DNA of 64,000 nt from the NCBI RefSeq assembly GCF_964355755.1, contig NC_092677.1:20420101-20484100 (forward strand), written 5' to 3'. The first letter of the stretch is position 1. Each line of letters starts with the position of its first letter. A program made the translations under genes and the position numbers. Shown here piece after piece: positions 54,701 through 64,000 of the stretch. This DNA is from Antedon mediterranea. Its lineage: Eukaryota > Animalia > Echinodermata. Below the pieces are notes generated by a model that saw nothing but the letters and a program-made list of their open reading frames with translations, did not search any database and had not been told where the DNA came from.

Positions 54701-56810
54701 TTTTGAGCATTTCGATAAAATTTTACACACAAAAACATCAAAGTGCACAAAATAGCTTAATATGGTATTTAAAAACGTTTTAGACCATTTTGAGCATTTC
54801 AACAAAACTTTTTCTCACAAAACATCAAAGTGTACAGAATAGCTTCAAATCGCATTTGGAGACGTTTTAGACCATTTTGTGCATTTCGATGAAACTTGGT
54901 TACACAAAAACATCAAAGTGCTTAAAATCACATTTTGAGCATTTCGTTAAAACTTTTCACACAAAAACATCAAAGTCCACAAAATAGCTTAATATCGTAT
55001 TTAAAAACGTTTTAGACCATTTTGAGCATTTCGAAAAAACTTTTCCACACAAAACATCAAAGTTTACAAAATAGCTTCAAATCGCATTTGGAGACGTTTT
55101 AGACCATTTTGTGATTTTCGAAAAAACTTGATAACATAAAAACACCAAAGTGCTCAGAATACCTTCAAATCGTGTTTTGAGACGTTTTAGACCATTTTGT
55201 AATTTTCGAAAAAACTTGTTAACATAAAAACACCAAAGTGCTCAGAATACCTTCACATCGCATTTTGAGACGTTTTAGACCATTTTGTGATTTTCGAAAA
55301 AACTTGTTAACATAAAAACACCCAAGTGCTTAGAAAAGCTTGAAATCGCATTTGGAGACGTTTTAGACCATTTTGTGCATTTCGATGAAACTTGGTTACA
55401 CAAAAACATCAAAGTGCTTAAAATCACATTTTGAGCATTTCGTTAAAACTTTTCACACAAAAACATCAAAGAGTAAAAAATAGCTTAATATCGTATTTAA
55501 AAACGTTTTAGACCATTTTGAGCATTTCGACAAAATTTTTTCACACAAAACATCAAAGTGTACAGAATAGCTTTAAATCGCATTTGGATACGTTTTAGAC
55601 CATTTTGTTCATTTCGATGAAACAAAAACACAAAAACATCAAATTGCACAAAATGGCTTAATATGATATGGGAAAACGTTTTAGACCATTTTGAACATTT
55701 CGTTAAAAGTTTTCACACAAAAACATCAAAGTCCACAAAATAGCTTAATATCGTATTTAAAAACGTTTTAGACCATTTTGAGCATTTCGAAAAAACTTTT
55801 TCACACAAAACATCAAAGTTTACAAAATAGCTTCAAATCGCATTTGGAGACGTTATAGACCATTTTGTGATTTTCGGAAAAACTTGTTAACATAAAAACA
55901 CCAAAGTGCTCAGAATACCTTCAATTCGCATTTTGAGACGTTTTAGACCATTTTGTGATTTTCGAAAAAACTTGTTAACATAAAAACACCAAAGTGCTCA
56001 GAATCGTGTTTTGAGACGTTTTAGACCATTTTGTGATTTTCGAAAAAACTTGTTAACATAAAAACACCAAAGTGCTTAGAAAAGCTTCAAATCGCATTTG
56101 GAGACGTTTTAGACCATTTTGTTCATTTCGATGAAACTTGGTTACACAAAAACATCAAAGAGCACAAAAGATCTTAATATCGTATTTAAAAACGTTTTAG
56201 ACCATTTTGAGCATTTCGAAAAAACTTTTTCACACAAAACATCAAAGTGTACAAAATAGCTTCAAATCGCATTTGGAGACGTTTTAGACAATTTTGTGAT
56301 TTTCGAAAAAACTTGTTTACATAAAAACACCAAAGTGCTTAGAAAAGCTTCAAATCGCATTTGGAGACGTTTTAAACCATTTTGTTCATTTCGATGAAAC
56401 TTGGTTACACAAAAACATCAAAGAGCACAAAAGTATTTAAAAACGTTTTAGACCATTTTGAGCATTCCGACAAAACTTTTTCACACAAAACATCAAAGTG
56501 TACAGAATAGCTTTAAATCGCATTTGGAGACGTTTTAGACCATTTTGTAGTTTTCGAAAAAACTTAACATAAAAACACAAAAGAGCTTCAAATCGCATTT
56601 GGAGACGTTTTAGACCCTTTTGTGCATTTCGATGAAACTTGGTTACACAAAAACATCAAAGTGCTTAAAATCACATTAGAAACCGTTTTAGACCATTTTG
56701 AGCATTTCGTTAAAACTTTTCACACAAAAACATCAAAGTCCACAAAATAGCTTAATATCGTATTTAAAAACGTTTTAGACCATTTTGAGCATTTCGAAAA
56801 AACTTTTTCA
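51795..56810 (+). repeat. Tandem duplication of a ~2509 bp satellite block
   Basis: Identical ORFs at 51944 and 54453 (offset 2509). Shared variants: aaaatatcttaat, cttgataacat, cttcacatcg, gttatagacc, ttcggaaaa and gctcagaatcgtg. Boundaries are approximate. Confidence 0.85.
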
Positions 56811-59800
56811 CACAAAACATCAAAGTTTACAAAATAGCTTCAAATCGCATTTGGAGACGTTTTAGACCATTTTGTGATTTTCGAAAAAACTTGTTAATAT
56901 AAAAACACCAAAGTGCTCAGAATACCTTCAAATCGCATTTTGAGACGTTTTAGACCATTTTGTGATTTTCGAAAAAACTTAACATAAAAACACCAAAGTG
57001 CTCAGAATACCTTCAAATCGTATTTTGAGACGTTTTAGACAATTTTGTGATTTTCGAAAAAACTTGTTAACATAAAAACACCAAAGTGCTTAGAAAAGCT
57101 TCAAATCGCATTTGGAGACGTTTTAGACCATTTTGTGCATTTCGATGAAAAAACATCAAAGTGTACAGAATAGCTTCAAATCGCATTAGAAACCGTTTTA
57201 GACCATTTTGAGCATTTCGAAAAAACTTTTTCACACAAAACATCAAAGTGTACAAAATAGCTTCAAATCGCATTTGGAGACGTTTTAGACAATTTTGTGA
57301 TTTTCGAAAAAACTTGTTTACATAAAAACACCAAAGTGCTAAGAATAGCTTCCAATCGCATTTGGAGACGTTTTAGACCCTTTTGTGCATTTCGATGAAA
57401 CTTGGTTACACAAAAACATCAAAGTGCTTAAAATCATATTAGAAACCGTTTTAGACCATTTTGAGCATTTCGTTGAAATTTTTCACAGAAAAACATCAAA
57501 GAGCAAAAAATAGCTTAATATCGTATTTAAAAACGTTTTAGACCATTTTGAGCATTTCGACAACATTTTTTCACACAAAACATCAAAGTGTACAGAATAG
57601 CTTCAAATCGCATTTGGAGACGTTTTAAACCATTTTGAGCATTTCGATAAAATTTTACACACAAAAACATCAAAGTGCACAAAATAGCTTAATATGGTAT
57701 TTAAAAACGTTTTCGACCATTTTGAGCATTTCAACAAAACTTTTTCTCACAAAACATCAAAGTATACAGAATAGCTTCAAATCGCATTTGGAGACGTTTT
57801 AGACCATTTTGTGCATTTCGATGAAACTTGGTTACACAAAAACATCAAAGTGCTTAATATCACATTTTGAGCATTTCGTTAAAACTTTTCACACAAAAAC
57901 ATCAAAGTCCACAAAATAGCTTAATATCGTATTTAAAAACGTTTTAGACCATTTTGAGCATTTTCGAAAAAACTTGTTAACATAAAAACACCAAAGTGCT
58001 CAGAATACCTTCAAATCGTGTTTTGAGACGTTTTAGACCATTTTGTAATTTTCGAAAAAACTTGTTAACATAAAAACACCAAAGTGCTCAGAATACCTTC
58101 ACATCGCATTTTGAGACGTTTTAGACCATTTTGTGATTTTCGAAAAAACTTGTTAACATAAAAACACCAAAGTGCTTAGAAAAGCTTGAAATCGCATTTG
58201 GAGACGTTTTAGACCATTTTGTGCATTTCGATGAAACTTGGTTAAAGTGCTTAAAATCACATTTTGAGCATTTCGTTAAAACTTTTCACACAAAAACATC
58301 AAAGAGTAAAAAATAGCTTAATATCGTATTTAAAAACGTTTTAGACCATTTTGAGCATTTCGACAAAATTTTTTCAAACAAAACATCAAAGTGTACAGAA
58401 TAGCTTTAAATCGCATTTGGAGACGTTTTAGACCATTTTGTTCATTTCGATGAAACAAAAACACAAAAACATCAAATTGCACAAAATGGCTTAATATGAT
58501 ATGGGAAAACGTTTTAGACCATTTTGAACATTTCGTTAAAAGTTTTCACAAAAAAACATCAAAGTCCACAAAATAGCTTAATATCGTATTTAAAAACGTT
58601 TTAGACCATTTTGAGCATTTTCGAAAAAACTTGTTAACATAAAAACACCAAAGTGCTCAGAATACCTTCAAATCGTGTTTTGAGACGTTTTAGACCATTT
58701 TGTAATTTTCGAAAAAACTTGTTAACATAAAAACACCAAAGTGCTCAGAATACCTTCAAATCGCATTTTGAGACGTTTTAGACCATTTTGTGATTTTCGA
58801 AAAAACTTGTTAACATAAAAACACCAAAGTGCTCAGAAAAGCTTCAAATCGCAATTGGAGACGTTTTAAACCATTTTGTTCATTTCGATGAAACTTGGTT
58901 ACACAAAAACATCAAATTGCACAAAATGGCTTAATATGGTATGGGAAAACGTTTTAGACCATTTTGAACATTTCGAGAAAACTTTTTCACACAAAACTTC
59001 AAAGTGTACAGAATAGCTTCAAATCGCATTAGAAACCGTTTTAGACCATTTTGAGCATTTCGAAAAAAACTTTTTCACACAAAACATCAAAGTTTACAAA
59101 ATAGCTTCAAATCGCATTTGGAGACGTTTTAGACCATTTTGTGATTTTCGAAAAAACTTGTTAACATAAAAACACCAAAGTGCTCAGAATACCTTCAAAT
59201 CGCATTTTGAGACGTTTAAGACCATTTTGTGATTTTCGAAAAAACTTGTTAACATAAAAATACCAAAGTGCTCAGAATACCTTCAAATCGTGTTTTGAGA
59301 CGTTTTAGACCATTTTGTGAATTTCGAAAAAACTTGTTAACATAAAAACACCAAAGTGCTCAGAATACCTTCAAATCGCATTTGGAGACGTTTTAGACCA
59401 TTTTGTGATTTTCGAAAAAACTTGTTAACATAAAAACACCAAAGTGCTCAGAATACCTTCAAATCGCATTTGGAGACGTTTTAGACCATTTTGTGATTTT
59501 CGAAAAAACTTGTTAACATAAAAACACCAAAGTGCTCAGAAAAGCTTCAAATCGCAATTGGAGACGTTTTAAACCATTTTGTTCATTTCGATGAAACTTG
59601 GTTACACAAAAACATCAAATTGCACAAAATGGCTTAATATGGTATGGGAAAACGTTTTAGACCATTTTGAACATTTCGAGAAAACTTTTTCACACAAAAC
59701 TTCAAAGTGTACAGAATAGCTTCAAATCGCATTAGAAACCGTTTTAGACCATTTTGAGCATTTCGAAAAAAACTTTTTCACACAAAACATCAAAGTTTAC

Positions 59801-62800
59801 AAAATAGCTTCAAATCGCATTTGGAGACGTTTTAGACCATTTTGTGATTTTCGAAAAAACTTGTTAACATAAAAACACCAAAGTGCTCAGAATACCTTCA
59901 AATCGCATTTTGAGACGTTTTAGACCATTTTGTTATTTTCGAAAAAACTTGTTAACATAAAAATACCAAAGTGCTCAGAATACCTTCAAATCGTGTTTTG
60001 AGACGTTTTAGACCATTTTGTGATTTTCGAAAAAACTTGTTAACATAAAAACACCAAAGTGCTCAGAATACCTTCAATTCGCATTTGGAGACGTTTTAGA
60101 CCATTTTGTGATTTTCGAAAAAACTTGTTAACATAAAAACACCAAAGTGCTCAGAAAAGCTTCAAATCGCATTTGGAGACGTTTTAAACCATTTTGTTCA
60201 TTTCGATGAAACTTGGTTACACAAAAACATCAAAGAGCACAAAAGTATTTAAAAACGTTTTAGACCATTTTGAGCATTCCGACAAAACTTTTTCACACAA
60301 AACATCAAAGTGTACAGAATAGCTTTAAATCGCATTTGGAGACGTTTTAGACCATTTTGTAGTTTTCGAAAAAACTTGTTAACATAAAAACACAAAAGAG
60401 CTTCAAATCGCATTTGGAGACGTTTTAGACCCTTTTGTGCATTTAGATGAAACTTGGTTACACAAAAACATCAAAGTGCTTAAAATCACATTAGAAACCG
60501 TTTTAGACCATTTTGAGCATTTCGTTAAAACTTTTCACACAAAAACATCAAAGTCCACAAAATAGCTTAATATCGTATTCAAAAACGTTTTAGACCATTT
60601 TGAGCATTTCGAAAAAACTTTTTCACACAAAACATCAAAGTTTACAAAATAGCTTCAAATCGCATTTGGAGACGTTTTAGACCATTTTGTGATTTTCGAA
60701 ACAACTTGTTAACATAAAAACACCAAAGTGCTCAGAATACCTTCAAATCGTATTTTGAGACGTTTTAGACAATTTTGTGATTTTCGAAAAAACTTGTTAA
60801 CATAAAAACACCAAAGTGCTTAGAAAAGCTTGAAATCGCATTTGGAGACGTTTTAGACCATTTTGTGCATTTCGATGAAACTTGGTTACACAAAAACATC
60901 AAAGTGCTTAAAATCACATTTTGAGCATTTCGTTAAAACTTTTCACACAAAAACATCAAAGAGTAATAAATAGCTTAATATCGTATTTAAAAACGTTTTA
61001 GACCATTTTGAGCATTTCGACAAAATTTTTTCAAACAAAACATCAAAGTGTACAGAATAGCTTTAAATCGCATTTGGAGACGTTTTAGACCATTTTGTTC
61101 ATTTCGATGAAACAAAAACACAAAAACATCAAATTGCACAAAATGGCTTAATATGATATGGGAAAACGTTTTAGACCATTTTGAACATTTCGTTAAAAGT
61201 TTTCACACAAAAACATCAAAGTCCACAAAATAGCTTAATATCGTATTTAAAAACGTTTTAGACCATTTTGAGCATTTCGAAAAAACTTTTTCACACAAAA
61301 CATCAAAGTTTACAAAATAGCTTCAAAACGCATTTGGAGACGTTTTAGACCATTTTGTGATTTTCGAAAAAACTTGTTAACATAAAAACACCAAAGTGCT
61401 CAGAATACCTTCAAATCGCATTTGGAGACGTTTTAGACCATTTTGTGATTTTCGAAAAAACAACATAAAAACACCAAAGTGCTCAGAATACCTTCAAATC
61501 GCATTTGGAGACGTTTTAGACCATTTTGTGATTTTGGAAAAAACTTGTTAACATAAAAACACCAAAGTGCTCAGAATACCTTCAAATCGTATTTTGAGAC
61601 GTTTTAGACAATTTTGTGATTTTCGAAAAAACTTGTTAACATAAAAACACCAAAGTGCTTAGAAAAGATTCAAATCGCATTTGGAGACGTTTTAGACCAT
61701 TTTGTGCATTTTGATGAAACTTGGTTACACAAAAACATCAAAGTGTACAGAATAGCTTCAAATCGCATTAGAAACCGTTTTAGACCATTTTGAGCATTTC
61801 GAAAAAACTTTTTCACACAAAACATCAAAGTGTACAAAATAGCTTCAAATCGCATTTGGAGACGTTTTAGACAATTTTGTGATTTTCGAAAAAACTTGTT
61901 TACATAAAAACACCAAAGTGCTCAGAATAGCTTCCAATCGCATTTGGAGACGTTTTAGACCCTTTTGTGCATTTCGATGAAACTTGGTTACACAAAAACA
62001 TCAAAGTGCTTAAAATCACAGTAGAAACCGTTTTAGACCATTTTGAGCATTTCGTTAAAATTTTTCACAGAAAAACATCAAAGAGCAAAAAATAGCTTAA
62101 TATCGTATTTAAAAACGTTTTAGACCATTTTGAGCATTTCGACAAAACTTTTTCACACAAAACATCAAAGTGTACAGATAAGCTTCAAATCGCATTTGGA
62201 GACGTTTTAAACCATTTTGAGCATTTCGATAAAATTTTACACACAAAAACATCAAAGTGCACAAAATAGCTTAATATGGTATTTAAAAACGTTTTAGACC
62301 ATTTTGAGCATTTCAACAAAACTTTTTCTCACAAAACATCAAAGTGTACAGAATAGCTTCAAATCGCATTTGGAGACGTTTTAGACCATTTTGTGCATTT
62401 CGATGAAACTTGGTTACACAAAAACATCAAAGTGCTTAAAATCACATTTTGAGCATTTCGTTAAAACTTTTCACACAAAAACATCAAAGTCCACAAAATA
62501 GCTTAATATCGTATTTAAAAACGTTTTAGACCATTTTGAGCATTTTCGAAAAAACTTGTTAACATAAAAACACCAAACTGCTCAGAATACCTTCAAATCG
62601 TGTTTTGAGACGTTTTAGACCATTTTGTAATTTTCGAAAAAACTTGTTAACATAAAAACACCAAAGTGCTCAGAATACCTTCACATCGCATTTTGAGACG
62701 TTTTAGACCATTTTGTGATTTTCGAAAAAACTTGTTAACATAAAAACACCAAAGTGCTTAGAAAAGCTTGAAATCGCATTTGGAGACGTTTTAGACCATT

Positions 62801-64000
62801 TTGTGCATTTCGATGAAACTTGGTTAAAGTGCTTAAAATCACATTTTGAGCATTTCGTTAAAACTTTTCACACAAAAACATCAAAGAGTAAAAAATAGCT
62901 TAATATCGTATTTAAAAACGTTTTAGACCATTTTGAGCATTTCGACAAAATTTTTTCACACAAAACATCAAAGTGTACAGAATAGCTTTAAATCGCATTT
63001 GGAGACGTTTTAGACCATTTTGTTCATTTCGATGAAACAAAAACACAAAAACATCAAATTGCACAAAATGGCTTAATATGATATGGGAAAACGTTTTAGA
63101 CCATTTTGAACATATCGTTAAAAGTTTTCACACAAAAACATCAAAGTCCACAAAATAGCTTAATATCGTATTTAAAAACGTTTTAGACCATTTTGAGCAT
63201 TTCGAAAAATTTTTTCACACAAAACATCAAAGTTTACAAAATAGCTTCAAATCGCATTTGGAGACGTTCTAGACCATTTTGTGATTTTCGAAAAAACTTG
63301 TTAACATAAAAACACCAAAGTACTCAGAATACCTTCAAATCGCATTTTGAGACGTTTTAGACCATTTTGTGATTTTCGAAAAAACAACATAAAAACACCA
63401 AAGTGCTCAGAATACCTTCAAATCGCATTTGGAGACGTTTTAGACCATTTTGTGATTTTCGAAAAAACTTGTTAACATAAAAACACCAAAGTGCTCAGAA
63501 TACCTTCAAATCATATTTTGAGACGTTTTAGACAATTTTGTGATTTTCGAAAAAACTTGTTAACATAAAAACACCAAAGTGCTTAGAAAAGCTTCAAATC
63601 GCATTTGGAGACGTTTTAGACCATTTTGTGCATTTCGATGAAACTTGGTTACACAAAAACATCAAAGTGTACAGAATAGCTTCAAATCGCATTAGAAACC
63701 GTTTTAGACCATTTTAAGCATTTCGAAAAAACTTTTTCACACAAAACATCAAAGTGTACAAAATAGCTTCAAATCGCATTTGGAGACGTTTTAGACAATT
63801 TTGTGATTTTCGAAAAAACTTGTTTACATAAAAACACCAAAGTGCTTAGAAAAGCTTCAAATCGCAGTTGGAGACGTTTTAAACCATTTTGTTCATTTCG
63901 ATGAAACTTGGTTACACAAAAACATCAAAGAGCACAAAAGTATTTAAAAACGTTTTAGACCATTTTGAGCATTCCGACAAAACTTTTTCACACAAAACAT

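Larger units (their letters stand above)
8223..64000 (+). repeat. Tandem satellite DNA, 87-88 bp monomer with irregular higher-order structure (main arm, roughly 650 monomers)
   Basis: Resumes at aacttcaaagtgtacagaatagc (8223) and continues to the window end in the same orientation with no interruption that I could see. The 29-aa periodicity of the spurious ORFs reflects 87 bp monomers. Monomer count is length divided by ~85 bp. Confidence 0.98.

Noticed and set aside
141-61855. Repeated short ORFs (MRFEAILYTLMF..., MHFDETWLHKNIK...)
   Set aside because: They are chance stop-free frames across 87/88 bp monomers on both strands, with frames shifting between monomers. Used only as markers of duplicated blocks.
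1-64000. CRISPR-like array (constant GTTTTAGACCATTTT core alternating with variable segments)
   Set aside because: The intervening segments are homologous variants reused many times rather than unique spacers. There are no cas genes and the context is eukaryotic.

Overview
Eukaryotic, AT-rich window. About 92% of it (1-3423 and 8223-64000) is a head-to-tail tandem satellite with an 87-88 bp monomer (33% GC in the type I counted), all in one orientation. Around 15-20 monomer variants are strung into recurring multi-monomer cassettes and 0.6-2.9 kb block duplications, giving an irregular higher-order repeat (HOR) like centromeric or pericentromeric satellite. One ~4.8 kb non-satellite island (3424-8222) interrupts the array. 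Translated by hand on the minus strand, it holds two decayed fragments of a Chapaev / N-RAG-TP-type (RAG1-related) DNA transposase that the ORF track misses: an N-terminal Chapa zinc finger, and a C-terminal PKLHMLEHH...EQG...IH segment. Its right end reads 5'-CACAG on the minus strand, as expected for a CAC-terminated element, and resembles a 23-RSS. The island also carries four ~620-690 bp tandem repeats. There is no intact gene; the listed ORFs are chance frames, nearly all of them in the satellite. Family assignments come from motif recognition, not database searches.
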